A DNA stretch of 64,000 nucleotides, from NCBI GenBank assembly GCA_964187785.1, contig OZ076414.1, positions 33,108,001-33,172,000 of the forward strand, written 5' to 3'. The position numbers and the translations under genes were made by a program. Of this stretch, positions 1 through 12,959 are shown one piece after another (the first letter of the stretch is position 1; the number at the start of each line of letters is the position of its first letter). This DNA comes from Amphiscolops sp. MND2022 (Eukaryota). A model generated the notes under the pieces. It saw nothing but the letters and a program-made list of their open reading frames with translations, was not told where the DNA came from and did no database searches.

Positions 1-2903
1 TGACAATTTGATCTCAATTTCGTTCACCGTGCATTCTGATTGTTTTAAATTCAAAACCCAAATGCATCGACGAAACAATCAACGCAGTCAGCTATTTTCA
101 CATACCCCAAAATTCATAAATCACTGATATGAAAACAAGCTAGACGAAAGTTTCTTGAAATTTCATGCAGTTTACAATTATGTTTGTTGAGAATTTACAT
201 TACCAGTATAAAACGACTTTTGAAAGATTCACTACTGCAAACATTAAATTGGTTTCATTCCGAAAATTTTTGAAAATATTAAAGATGTTTTGATTCGTTA
301 AAATGATTATCACACAGAAAAAGCGCGCCTTTGGTTTTTTGGATAAATAGTTGATCTATCTAAAATCGAGGTTTCTGAATCACTAGACAATCCTTAGTAA
401 GTTATTTCAATAAGCGAACATGCGTAAAATATTTGGAAACCCATTCTAGTCAGTTCATGTGGGCTTGAAAGAACTCGTTTAGTGCCGACTAAAAAAACTT
501 TTTGGTGTCGAACAAAACGTTTGTTCAAAATTAAAGCATTCAAAAAAAGTTTGCGTCGAAAAATGAGCGACCTTTCAGATTGAGGGGAGTTACACGGCCA
601 AATCAAATTCGGCGTTCACCCGCTTTCAACTTTGATGTTAAAACTATCAGGGAATAACTGTGCAACCAATTTTTTTCTGTACCAGTCGAACAAGTGATAA
701 CCAAAGGGGTTATTTGTAAAAATAGCATCAAACTGCGGTTAGACAGATTCTTACCAGGACAAAGAGGAATAATTCGTATGTTGGGAGTTGTATTGGTAGT
801 TCCTGAACAGAGAGGTTTCAACCAGGCTAGCTGAAACAGAGCATGACTTTCATATCATACCATTCAATGTTGAGAGTGGGTCAGAAAGGCTGCCATTGAA
901 AGACATTCAAGGTCAAACAAGAAACTATACACCCTGAAAGCATTTTAACAACACTATCAATGCTACTATATGCAACTATAGATATTTATCGTAATAAGTC
1001 TCAAATCTAGCCTAATAACTTCAATTCAAATACTCGCGATACCTCAATTGGGTACTTTACGAAGACGTTCTATCAGTGTCAGTTTTGTACCAAGATCAAA
1101 TTCTTTCTCGGTTTCACAAAGTTCAAAAATATGAGCTGAGTCACTATAATATACTGCGAAACTTAGCGCAAATTATTAATTTTGTCCCAGCTTGCCTATT
1201 TTAAGGAAAAGACTTCACAAAAAAAACGACTGCCAAAACACCTACAAATTTAACACAACCAGATGTTCGGATCTACTTGATTCGATCGACATGTACAAGC
1301 ATCGCCAGTTGCAACGTTTTTAGCTGTAGTGAACAGCCGATAACTTTGAAACCCCCAAAGATCGAAGAGCTCACGACAAACAGTCCGCAATTTTAACTTC
1401 AAAAACAAGTGATTTTGATGACTTGTTCCATTGATGATGGCATCGATGCCTTGTTCCACAAAATATGACAAGAGGAATCTATTGCATAAGAACCCAATTC
1501 ACATTTTAACATAACAAACCCTTTTCTGTCAATGCCATAATGTGCTGCCCTCTTCTGACAAAATGTTCAACTCAGTGAAACGTGCTTGAATACAACTGCA
1601 TAGGACCGAAAAAATGTTATGTAAGTGAGGGAATCAGAAGGAAAATCTATTTCTGAATGGATGGGATTCGAAAGTTTTCAATACGCGACGTTGTTTTCAA
1701 ATTCATCAAGATAGCTCCACTGTAGCTAGCTAACAATGAAACAGCGTACTGAGAGATGGAAACCGTTGTGTATACCGTGATTGTCCATATAATTATGGGG
1801 CGAAACAACTAACGGGTTCACTAGGTGCCTTGGGTGCCACTGAACAGGTCGATGTGGTGGTGCCAGAGAAGGATACAGGCATAGTGGTGTCCTGAGTACA
1901 TTCCACGTCAACATCACCGCCACCTTCAACCACCGACTGTCTATTCGCTTCCCCATTCGTACGCACTTCTTTCATTTTGGATGAACAAGGCAAGGAAAGC
2001 AGACCACAAGAAACCAAGCACAAGAATGCCGACTTGCGCTACTGATCTGAAAATGCTGAACCCACTGATGCACAAGGCAGACGAGACGTTCTAGCATACA
2101 TACGTGTAAAGCAACAATGGGCGTTGAGAAATACCCAAAAATCATTTCGACGAAGAGACATTGGAGTTTTTCGACAAATGGAACTCGAACACGTAATCAA
2201 AAACGTGATTTTCTCAACTTTTCGCGTCCGACTTGAAAAGAAATAGACATGCGGCAACGTAATGAATTCAATTCCTTTCAAAAATAATACCGAACACACG
2301 ACATTGTTGACGAACTTATGTAAACGATATTGTTACACGTAGCATTAAGCCTGAAATGGCTTGAAACAGCAGGAAATTAAGCCGCTCAAGGCTCAAAAAA
2401 CTTTTGAAAATGCCAAGGAGCAATTTTTGAAAATCTGGAGAATCTTACATGACTGGCGGAAATCACTGGAATCGTCTGTTTTTTTTTCAAAATGCAGGCG
2501 CCGACTGAAAACACAAAAATTTGACAACTATTGCTCAGCCCAAGGCGTTACATAACTCACTGGAGAAAAACGTCTTTGATGCAAACTGTTCTGTGCTGAA
2601 TGAATGGACTTTTTCTATCGTCATAATTTTTCGAACGCTCTATTTTTCCGCAAGCAATTCAAAACCATTGATTATCACGGGTTATTTAATCAGTGATGTA
2701 CTTTTAGCATAAAATTGCATTTCCAGTTTTGAAAATAGGCCCCTCCGGGGCTCAGTACTATTTCTGCTTTAATCTTTTATTAATAATAGAATCATATCTG
2801 GAATACCAATACACTCCTGTTTAATCATTATTTAGCGCACAATTAATCACTGTACAAGTTTACACCGCCTTTAATTCTTTTCGGACTAAAGAAAATATGT
2901 ATA

Positions 2904-3550
2904 CAGTACTGTGGTTAAGAAATCATCCCCCTATGCGCTGAGCGTCGTTGTCAACCAATCAGAATTGCGTATTTGCTCTCACTTTCAATTCTGATTGGCG
3001 CATCAAGTGAAATCTCCGGCGCAGAAAGAACACTTCTGCTATTTTCCCAGTTTTGGGCAAGTTTTTGAAATATTTTTCTGAAAATTTTAAATTCATCGGA
3101 TTCTGCAGATTGTATAGAATTCAATGATATATTTTTCGTTTCAAAAACATTCTAAATGGAGAAATAATCGCAGTTTTCCGCCACGAAACGTTCATCTCCT
3201 ATTTTAATACATGTAAATCCACGAAAACTTACCTTTCGAGCATGATATTTCAAAAACAGTTGATAAATTTTGAAATCGAAAAATATCCATAGATTCAGTA
3301 GATAAAACTTACCAAAAAACATGTGGATAACCTGGTCAAAAATTGGAAACATGGAAAAAAGTTCCAAATTTGCTCAAAATCAGCTATATGTAACTTTCTC
3401 AATTTTTGTCCCAGATAAATTTTAAAAACAATAATATAATCTAGATAAAAATTTGAGAAACTTTTATGATGTTTTTCAAAATTCTCAACAGATTTCGAGA
3501 AAATCGAGCCTAAAATCGCCCCGGGGGACGTTTTCTTAATCACAGTACTG
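2904..3550. mobile_element. Non-autonomous Tc1/mariner-type MITE
   Basis: 19-bp terminal inverted repeats with 1 mismatch: CAGTACTGTGGTTAAGAAA (2904-2922) and TTTCTTAATCACAGTACTG (3532-3550). TA on both flanks (2902-2903, 3551-3552). No coding capacity. Confidence 0.7.
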
Positions 3551-3590
3551 TAACTACTAAGCGCAGACGAAGTTTCGCATTCACATTTGA

Positions 3591-3651
3591 ATGCAGGCGA
3601 AGCTCTCAACTATGCAGGCGAAGCTCTCAACTATGCAGGCGAAGCTCTCAA
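3591..3651. repeat. 21-bp tandem repeat, about 2.9 copies
   Basis: ATGCAGGCGAAGCTCTCAACT repeated directly. Confidence 0.9.
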
Positions 3652-5561
3652 TGGTTAACACTCATTCGCTTCATCTTAATGACGTCAGCATACGAATGTA
3701 TAATTACCACTCGCTCGTTCCATCGCATGAGAATTGAATTGTCGCCGGCAGCTTGAGAAATTTAATGCTTACGCTTATAGTCACTGCCGAACAAAATATC
3801 TGAATTATTCAGTATCGTGCCAAGAATTGTACTGAAAAAAAGTAGACATTTTGAGATTTCAATAACATTCCTGCAAAAGCAGAAATATTAAAAATAGTCC
3901 TCTGCGGGGCACAGTAATATTTCTGCTTTCGGCTACAATAGCCACTAATTTCAAAATTTCATAAAACATCTGAAATAACTATATACTCATATTAATTAAA
4001 TGAACCCTTGAGATGTGGCATTAATGTAGTTTTTCACGATGATTCCATTTTAACCAACAATGATAATGAGGTCGGAAATTCTCAATGAGCAAAGTTGGTC
4101 GTACTGAAAAAATCTAGTTTGACGATGTTTACAGCTCATCATCATTACCTATGCTCAGATGGGACGATCTACCTTGATTTATTGATAATGAGCTCATTAC
4201 TAGCTGCTACCAGTAGCGCTGCTAAAAGAAGAGAATGAGAAGATAAAAAGTGCAAAAAATTTCCGGTGCGATTTCCCTGAAACAGTTCAACAGCTGATTT
4301 TCCCAAGGAGACTTTTCGGACTGTTGTGCTCTCGGAAAGTTTCAAGTCATACTTTCAAGTCAATTGAATATTTCATAAAACTGTTTACATTTTTTAAAAG
4401 CTACTATTTTCTTGAAAACGATTTGGCCATGCTGGAAAAATTATTTGAAGTTTGTTTTTCATCGAGTAGTTGTGCTAGTTTCAGAAATTTATACACGATT
4501 TCGTTACGCCCATTTGGTCTTTTTAATCTTTCTTATCGATCAATTTTTTTCAACCGTTTCGATCATTGTTTTCAAACTCAGGTTATTATATGAGTTCACT
4601 GAACAAATCAATTCAAGAATTATTCAGGCTTGAGTAGTTCCTAAAGAACTTTGACGGAGACACTGATTTCTGTTGTTTGCAGAGACGAGAAAGAGTGATA
4701 ACTAAAGACGTCCGTATTCCAGTATGAAATATTTTCCTTGTTGAAAAGTGTTTGAATGCAATCGAAATTACATTTTTATATCGATCTAGATAATTTCAAG
4801 TGCGTTCCATAACTGAATCAAATGTACATCTAAAAAATAGCAGTATTCCCTCAAAATATGCAGATATGAAAATCAAAACTTGAAAATCATGACATTTGAA
4901 AAGCAGCGTAATTCTGGATCCCTTATTTCTCATTCTCAAACCAAAAAAATCATAGGTCAATTGATTGAATTGTTTTCCGAACATAAAATCTAGGCAATAT
5001 TTCAACGGCTGATTATTCTAAATATTCACTTCTATATAAAATACATTTAGAATCTTTATAAATAAAGACGGAAGCAGCTTAGTAAAGCAACTGCTCTCTA
5101 GATGAATAACAAGTAGTATATTACATGAATGAAAGTAATTGCACCTTTTTCAGCATGTTTTGTTTTCTGGACAACCCCAGCGGTAAAAGGTCAGCTAATG
5201 ACCGGTCAAATCCAGCTACGTCAATCACAAATTAGGTCACGAACAGTGACCCATCAATAAGAAGTTCTGATGTAGTTTAAAGAGGCTGATTAATTGGGGT
5301 TTTCGTTTCTATTCTGAAGGCCAATCCTTTCCCTACACTATTCTAAGTTATTTCATCAACTCGAGAGAACATTCTTTGTTCAGTATTATTTTTGTTCCAC
5401 AACATCGCGCAGCAACTTGCAATGAAAGACCAAAATCCACGTTCGATCGAATGTTAAAAGCAGATTCAATCTGAACAGACCCAGTAATTGGAAGTTGGCT
5501 TCAGAATATGTATAGGACAGTGTTTATATTCGTGACTTGAGATGAGAATGAAAGTCACTCC

Positions 5562-5814
5562 TCAGAAGGTGCTGCCCTTGAGGTATCTGAACCTGGAGTA
5601 GGTCAACTGGTGGTCACTCTTGACCTTGTGTCTCAAAAGAGCCATACAAGTATCTGCGTCTTCGGTGCTGTCGTGACCACTGTCACTGTCCTGGATGATA
5701 CGCTTCAGGATATCCAGTGCCAGATTCTTTAAAGATCTCTTCAGTGGCAGACCTTGTCTATGTGGAAACAACACCGCCGTGTCTATCACTTTTCCATGCT
5801 TCATTTGAAGAGCC
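5562..5814 (-). CDS. REXO1: REXO1 exon 4 (exonuclease ExoIII, stop)
   Basis: Acceptor CTGTTTCAG|G at 5815; encodes [32 protein letters not shown]...[12 protein letters not shown]; stop at 5562-5564. Confidence 0.9.
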
Positions 5815-8800
5815 CTGAAACAGATTGGTTATACAACAATCAATAACAGCATACTTTACACAGTCATCCTTACACCAATGTGAACAGAAATGAGAACTTG
5901 GATGAATGCAACAGACGAGGGAGGACGAAGTGGTTAGAAAGGATAGAAATGTAACAAGTTGAAGATTTTTGTTTTATATTCAAGTTCATTTCTCAAAACT
6001 ACACTGATTCGAAATTGTTACATCACAAAGCGGGGTGATTTAAGGATCTTCTCAACGGGTGGGCGGATTTTCAAAACGGAGGGCGTACCGGAACGAGAGC
6101 ACCAGGTGAATATTTGAAACTAGGAAAACTCGGCTCAGTTTACCGACGGTGACATCAATCCATTCTATACATATTTCCAAAGGGACGGCGGCCGCCCCCA
6201 TCCCCAGCACCCCCTTAAAACCGGTCTTGTCACAAAGTTACATGAATCAGATTTGAAAATCATTCCAGATCAGGCAGATTAAATTTGTGAAAAAAAAAGT
6301 AGAAACTAGTTTGAACCTGAGATCGCTCTCCAAAGAGTGTCCAACCAATATTGTGTCTGGGGCGACCAACTTGAAGATGTCTTTCTGCACGCGTCTGAGA
6401 GTAGTGGTGACCCCTTTCAGCATGGACTCTGTGATACCACTGAACCTGGTATTGTAGTCCACGATGGGGTTACTGGGTTTGACTAGTTTGTCGTAACAAG
6501 CTTGACCTCGGTCATTGACAATGCTGACCCTGGTGATTTCCACACCAGCTGTCGTGTAGCACATCTCACAGTCTACTGCATACACTGACTTGTTGGAGCT
6601 CAAAGTGCCAACATTACTGCTGTTGCTCTTATCCTTTCCGCTGTAAAAACCTGAACAAAAACGATGTTGAAATCAAAAAGTTGAAGTAAAACTGTTCCTG
6701 TGCAGCAACAGCGTATGCAGAACTTCGAAAGAAATGGTATGTATGAATCGTACTGCCTTTTATCAATTCGGGAACTTTTCATACTCTGTAAATTGCAAGA
6801 AGGAAAAACGCATTTTGAAACTCCGTAGATACTGAGGGACATTTAATTTTTTGAATTAAAAACTTTTATTTCGAGCCAAATTATTTGAAGCATTCGCCGA
6901 GCATCAGCATCGGCGGCGCATTGATTCGAAACTTTTCTTGATAGCATAAGATAGAAACCAAAAGGCTACCACTTTATGGGTTGTGTTTATATTGGGACAT
7001 TACCTGTGGTTGTGCTTTTGAAATCGGTTTCAGACACGGGTATTCTGTCGATGACATGTCCTGGAGATATGGAACAGCCTACAGCTGTCACTTCCCCTTG
7101 ACAACAGTTGAACCTGGGCTCGAAAGTGCCGCCATACCTCTGGTTCCACAACTTTCCCCAGTGGTATATGCACTCTTCGCCGAACGACGGCTTACCTCTC
7201 TCGTCCGCTTGACGTCCGTCTTCTGAAACATACACCGTCTGAAGTGGACAAGGGCAACTGAAGACTCGAGAACATATTTTAACATGTGATAGTCTTCAAC
7301 ATATACAATACGTTGTAATTATGAATTTCATGTATTTGCAATTTAGGCTTCATTCAACGCATACCCCTTATACAACGTGCAGAGTCTCATACATCATACA
7401 GAAGTGATTCTCATTGTTATCGGAGTAAATTATCTCATGATCTAAAATCCCACGGAATTCACAATATTCACAAAACTAAATTGATTTGAATAGTTAGGTT
7501 TTCTCCTTATAAATTTTGACAAAATACCACGTTTTTGAACGGTAGACAGCTGTAATACCACTGAACATACAGCATGCTGCAGGAAAAAATAATTTCACAT
7601 TCATTCAAACAAGCCTTTGCATTAAATTTTAAACTTTTAGTCGGTGCTAAATGAAATTGAGGCCGACTATTATGGTAGCGTTTCGTCGGTTTCATCAATT
7701 CTCATTTTCTCGAACGAAAAATTATAGAAAAATTATAGTCAGCAAGTTTTCTACCACTTTCTGTCGATAGCTACTAGAAGGCTGAAAAGTACTATTCACT
7801 TGGCGGTTAACGCGGAATCGTAGGCCTGGTGACGGGACCTGGGAAGCAGATGTACGGGAGTTCGAGCCCTCCGCTAGACCAGATTTTTTTACTGCTTGCA
7901 AAGGTAGAGGGAAGACAGACCAAAAGGTCTCTGAGGTTTTTCAGCACTGAGCAACTTTTTAAAAGAAAAAATCAAACCTATTCTCGAAAAAAAATCAGTT
8001 TACTGGAGCGTCTGTCCATTTTTCAATGCCTTCAGTAAAGACAACGCGTTATGTGACTTTGGAAACTCTCTTTAGGTTTTTGGGCACCATGCGATTTTTT
8101 GTTTTAAAAAAATCAATAAATTTCTAGAAAAATCTTTTCCTGAAAATGGGTTTTTTGATATTTTCAGTTGAAGAGAAACGTTTTTCGAGTCTCCAAGATG
8201 CCTTCTTCGATTATATGTGGGTACTGGCACTCAAAAATTATTCATCAGCATATTCAAAAAGACTGTTCACGTATTTTAATAATACCAAATAATTTGACGT
8301 TTGTCCGGTTATATTTCATTTTCCAGGAAATAGGTTTTGGTAAAAAGAAGACACTGGAAATACTCATTATGAAGATGCCAATTTGGTTACCAATTTCCAA
8401 CCGACCTGTAACTGGAAGACCCGAAAGTGCGTAGACGGTGAATGAGGCTCCACATCGATGACACACTCTATCTTCCGTATCGTCCTCAGTGAGTTCGTCC
8501 CGATTCAAAGGAGAAACAGTCTTGTTGCTAGCACCATAACCGGGATATCCATGTAATTCAAGCTCAGCTTCAGATAGGCAATACCTTTCGCATAGCTTAT
8601 AAAAACTTTCTCCGCTCACATTCTGTATTTCTGTAGGTGAAATTAATTTCAAAGCTTCGGGGCCTTTTTCTTCAGGAAGGGTTTGGGAAGCTTGCGTCTG
8701 TTGTACTGACTGAGTGGCTAATCGCTTCAATGCATTGACACATGAGCTCATATAGACTGTTTTTGAATTCACTTTGTCGTATATAGCTCTTTCGGATTCA

Positions 8801-9900
8801 GCAGACTTTTTAAAGGCATCTGCTGTAGTCGTAATTTTTCTATATTGCTCAAAAAATTTGTCAAGGTATAGTTGCCTCATTACAGTAGGAATTTTGGCCA
8901 AATGTCCATTTGGTACAGGTTGAATCATTGGCTTTTTGACCTCTTCTTGAGGAGCAGCAGCAGGGATAACAAGACTTGGTCGTCTATCCGAAGCAATACT
9001 TTCTTTTGACTGGTGTGCAACTCGCACTCGAGCTGCTGACATGCCTAATACAGTTTCCTCTTTAGGAGGTTCAGAAACTACAGATTGTGTCGGACACGGA
9101 ATTTTATTGGCTTTGTTTGTTTCGGCAGGATTAATTAACACCGGCAAACGCTTGTTCGGAGTGCCCAATGTAGCTTTCAACTGGCTCAAAAGTTCAAGTC
9201 GCTTTTTCATCATATCTGCGCTCTTCGATGGCGAAAGATCAACTTTCAGCGACTCTGTGTCAACTTCCTTCGGCACATCGAAGTCTTTAGACTTGGTCTT
9301 TACAGTTTTGGAGGGTGTATCTTTTGCTGAATTTGATTCTTTTAGTTTGGTCTTCTTGACTTTTTTCTTTTCAGGTTGCGTATCATCGAGTTCATCTACA
9401 TCAGATCCTCCATTTTTTATAGATAGAAAATCTAAATCTGTGAGAATTTTACGTTTCGCTTTAACTTTCGTACGATCAAGTTCTGAGTTGGACTTTGAAC
9501 TAGAGGAAGCCTTTTTATCGGTCGAATCCTTTTGTCTCGGATCCTTAAAATTGAGCTTATTCTCTCGAATCTCTACAGGTTTTGATTCATGTTCAACGCC
9601 TTCGATTAACGTCGCAGCTTGACTGATGTTGGGCTCTTTACAAACGTTATTAGATTCTGATGATTCAGTCTGAGGCGTTAACCCATCAACAGAGAAGTTA
9701 CTGACTGGATCATATTCTAATTCGTTGACTTTCTCATTCCAATCAGCAACAAAAAGATTGTTCTGGAGCGAAACTGCGCTTTTCACGTTAGAAGTAGCGT
9801 CACTTTTGTGGCTGAAAACACAGTGCGACCTCCCGCAAGCCTCATTTTTGCGGAGGAAGGGACAAATTAAACTACCAAAACTTTGCTCAATGGAGAACAT
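5562..9900 (-). CDS. REXO1: RNA exonuclease 1 homolog (DEDDh 3'-5' exonuclease), 4 exons, about 766 aa
   Basis: Inferred join on minus strand: 9900..8406, 7222..7004, 6650..6317, 5814..5562. All introns are GT-AG and phases are consistent (1,1,2); total 2301 nt. N-terminal C-x8-C-x4-C-x3-H finger ([19 protein letters not shown]), an Elongin-A-binding-type segment ([17 protein letters not shown]...), a Cys-rich C-H-RCG...CIYHWG...CC...GC...HV domain, and exonuclease motifs Exo[10 protein letters not shown], Exo[10 protein letters not shown], Exo[11 protein letters not shown]. Confidence 0.93.
6317..6650 (-). CDS. REXO1: REXO1 exon 3 (exonuclease ExoI-ExoII)
   Basis: Acceptor TTTTGTTCAG|GT at 6651; encodes [23 protein letters not shown]...[10 protein letters not shown]...GHSLESDL; donor AG|GTTCAA at 6316. 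Confidence 0.9.
7004..7222 (-). CDS. REXO1: REXO1 exon 2 (Cys-rich domain)
   Basis: Encodes [42 protein letters not shown]. Acceptor TGTTTCAG|AA at 7223 (an alternative acceptor at ~7238 exists); donor ACAG|GTAATG at 7003. Confidence 0.82.
7635..8215 (+). mobile_element. Degenerate HINE-like (Helentron-associated) repeat in REXO1 intron 1
   Basis: Begins TTTTAGTCGG...CCGACTATTA like the copies at 38796 and 53998. The right boundary is approximate. Confidence 0.45.
8406..9900 (-). CDS. REXO1: REXO1 exon 1 (CCCH finger, Lys/Ser-rich linker, Elongin-A-binding-type region)
   Basis: ATG at 9900 opens the 548-aa ORF; donor ACAG|GTCGGT at 8405. The exact donor is inferred. Confidence 0.85.
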
Positions 9901-10876
9901 CGTGACTATGCTGGAACTTAGTTTCCTTCATTGCAGGTTGCACCATAATCCAAAATAATCTGAAGAGATCAGTTTAATAAAAAATTAATAATCATGACTT
10001 GATGTCGACATTTCAGTACCAAAAACGTAAAATTAAACAATTCGTCTCAGGCTTTCAAGTGTCAAAATGACTAAATTTTACCTCTCTCAGATGACATAGA
10101 TCGTCGTCATTAATCCAGTGCCGTGTAGGTCATCATGAATACGGGGAGATGACACACACCCATGGTCTGCAAACATATGGAAGCTAAGCACCACTACTCA
10201 TGCCAGAACGAAAACAAGAAAAAAACAACCCACGCTGTTCGTTGGGTTGCAAAGAGAGTCAGTCCCAAGAAACAGTACTTTCTTTCCCTCTATCAGATAT
10301 CATGGATCTTCGTCATCAATCAAGTGCCATGTGTATCATCATGTTGGGGGGAGAAGACACACACCAGTGGTCTGCAACGAACGTAGGGAACCCCATACTA
10401 GCCACTATCCCAGTAACCAGTAACAAAAATACCAACCAACAAAATACTCATACCAGCCACTATCCCAGTCGACAGGTAGAAATTTTTAAAGCTGCAATGA
10501 TAGAGGTTTTTTTTAAAAAAATAAACTATACGTAATGAATTTCTTCGAACGCATCTCTGTCGCTCACAGTTTCTAGAACACAGGCCGCATTGCCAATCGG
10601 AAGAGCCATTGAAATAATAATAAAAATATTAAGTTTTATCCATAGAGGAAAGGGTGTTGAGCCAAGTTCGCTCATCTTTTCGCCTTTTTCAATGAGTATT
10701 CAAAACTCTCCAAGTCTTGTCGTCGTAGTCATAATAAATTGCAAATACTCCTGATGATACACAGTTAGTTCTGCATTTGAATTGCTCGAATAAAAGCCGA
10801 CTTTTTTTGCAAATGATCGAATATAGTTGTACGAGGGTGGGCGGGAATAGGTCGAAGGAACGGGATCGAAAAGGGG

Positions 10877-11418
10877 ACCGCAACTAAGGTCTAAGGAATA
10901 AGATCTAAAGAAATTTCGTAACTAAGATCTAAAGAACTAAGATCTAAAAAGCATGCACCGTAACTAAGGTCTAAATTGAATTAAAATAACGTCTAAGGAA
11001 TAATGTGGGGTCATATACGGTGTATGCACGCTCGCCCTCACCGTCGCAAAGACCAGCTCCCACTACGATCGCTTCGCGATCTCCGTTCCCGCTAGGTCTT
11101 TGCTCCTGTTCGACCTCGCTTAGCAAGATGGGAACATAAGCGGCCCCAAGGGGCCGCAGGGCACTAGAGGAAATTGGGACATATCTGAGGCACGTTTTAT
11201 ACTTTAAAGCATTTTATACTTTACCCGTAACATTTAAATAATGGGAATAACGGAAATTAAAACGGGAATAACGTCTGAAATTTAGACTTTCGGTACGATT
11301 CGGGAGCTGGCATTCTCTAGATCTTAGTTACGAAAAATGACATTTAGATCTTAGTTCTTTAGATCTTAGTTACAGAAGTGCGTTTCGATCTTATTCCTTA
11401 GATCGTAGTTTGTGCCCA
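10877..11418. mobile_element. Foldback/MITE-like element with AGATCT-rich subterminal repeats enclosing a ~190-bp structured core
   Basis: Left arm GGGGACCGCAACTAAGGTCTAAGGAATAAGATCTAAA is the inverted match of right arm TTTCGATCTTATTCCTTAGATCGTAGTTTGTGCCC; CTAAGATCTAAA / TTTAGATCTTAG motifs are repeated in the arms. Confidence 0.6.
11010..11205 (+). repeat. Dispersed ~190-bp GC-rich core repeat, copy 1; other copies at ~11560-11730 (-), ~12160-12350 (-), ~12805-12910 (+, internally deleted), ~18112-18250 (+, partial), ~23485-23675 (+)
   Basis: Shared sequence TGTATGCACGCTCGCCCTCACCGTCGCAAAGACCAGCTCCCACTACGATCGCTTCGCGATC...GCGGCCCCAAGGGGCCGC...GCACTAGAGGAAA read directly in six places. Confidence 0.85.
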
Positions 11419-11920
11419 CGATCGAAAATCGGAGTTAGTCCTCGGGTCAACATACCAAACTTTTTGAATGGGATCGAAACAACTCGGATCGAAATTTTGA
11501 TTTTTGGGAAACAATTCGAATCGCCGCTGATAGAATTTTTTGGAAAATACTGAAACGTGTCTCGGATATGTCGATATTTCCTCTTGTGCACCGCGGCCCC
11601 TTGCGGCCGCTTATGTTCCCAGCTTGCTAAGCGAGGTCGGACAGTAGCAAAGACCTAGCGGGAACGGGGATCGCGAAGTGATCGTAGCGGGAGCTGGTCT
11701 TTGCAACGGTGAGGGCGAGCGTGCATAAACAGCATATGCAACACATTAATATAGTCAATCGACTTGAGGCAAACGAAGAACGTTTTCGACCCGAACGCTT
11801 CGATCAAATTCGACCACATTCTATTCAGCTACGTGGAATCAAATCTAATGAAATAGATCTAAGAGAGGAGGCAAAACTGAGATCTTTACCAACCCAAGCT
11901 CGACATGATTGTGAGAAAAT

Positions 11921-12000
11921 AGCCATTACAGGACTCGAACCTGCATCTCAAGACAGATCTAGCTAGCAGTCAAGCGCCTTAACCATTAGTTCAAATGGCC
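11921..12000 (-). pseudogene. tRNA-Ser(GCT)-like pseudogene or tRNA-derived SINE head
   Basis: Acceptor stem GGCCATT/AATGGCT; T-arm GCAGG-TTCGAGT-CCTGT; A-box-like TAATGGTTAAGGCG; CT-GCT-A anticodon loop; long variable region. The D stem and anticodon stem do not pair. Confidence 0.65.
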
Positions 12001-12959
12001 TATTTAATCTCACTAATCATTCGACTTGTCACTAACAATGACGTTGTTATAGATCTAAATAAATTGATCTAAATATTCAGGTCTAAAAATCTCTTCTAAT
12101 TTGAAAAAATTTGAGACAAAAACAATTCAATTAGGAGCTAAAACTAAAAAGTGATATAAAGTATAAAACGTGCCTCGGATATGTCCCCATTTCCTCTAGT
12201 GCCCTGCGGCCCCTTGGGGCCGCTTATATTCCCATCTTGCTAAACGAGGTCGAACAGGAGCAAAAACCTAGCGGGAACGGAGATCGCGAAGCGATCGTAG
12301 TGGGAGCTGGTCTTGGCGACGGTGAGTGCGAACGTGCATACATCGCATATGCCCACATTATATTTTTTCTTTCAGAACACATATTAGATCGTAAAGGGGT
12401 TAGACTTAAGTATTTTAGATAAAATTAGACCTGAAAGTTAGACCTAACAGTTAGATCTAATTCCATTAGACCCAAGCAATTAGATCAAAGGCGTACTCTC
12501 CATTCCATTCGATCCCTGCAGATCGATCAAAAGGTTCGACCTCTGTCCATTCGACCAGAAAAATTCGACCTATTTACAGCCACCCGTTTTACAACAAGGT
12601 ACCAAAAGTTTTCTTTGCTTACGAATAAAATTTTGGTTGGCTGTAAATGGGTTGAATTTTTCTGGTCGAAAGGACAGAGGTCACGTCTTTTGATCGAATT
12701 GCAGGGATCGAATGGATTGCGGTAGAATTTGATTGAAGCCTTCGGGTCGAAAACGTTCTTTGTTTGCCTCAAGTCGATTGACTACTTTGATGTGGGGCAT
12801 ATGCTGTGTATGCACGCTCGCCCTCACGGTCGATGAAATGGGAATATAAGCGGCCCCAAGGGGCCGCGGGGCACTAGAGGAAATGGGGACATATCCGAGA
12901 CACGTTTCATTATTTTCTAGAAAATTCTATCAGCGGCGATTCGAGTTGTTTCCCGAAAA

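Noticed and set aside
9041-9622. 193-aa plus-strand ORF
   Set aside because: Antisense shadow of the Lys/Glu/Ser-rich REXO1 exon 1. The same applies to the Phe/Leu-rich plus-strand ORFs opposite the Gypsy and Copia pol regions.
11921-12000. Functional tRNA-Ser gene
   Set aside because: The anticodon stem (CTTGA/CTAGA) and D stem cannot pair.
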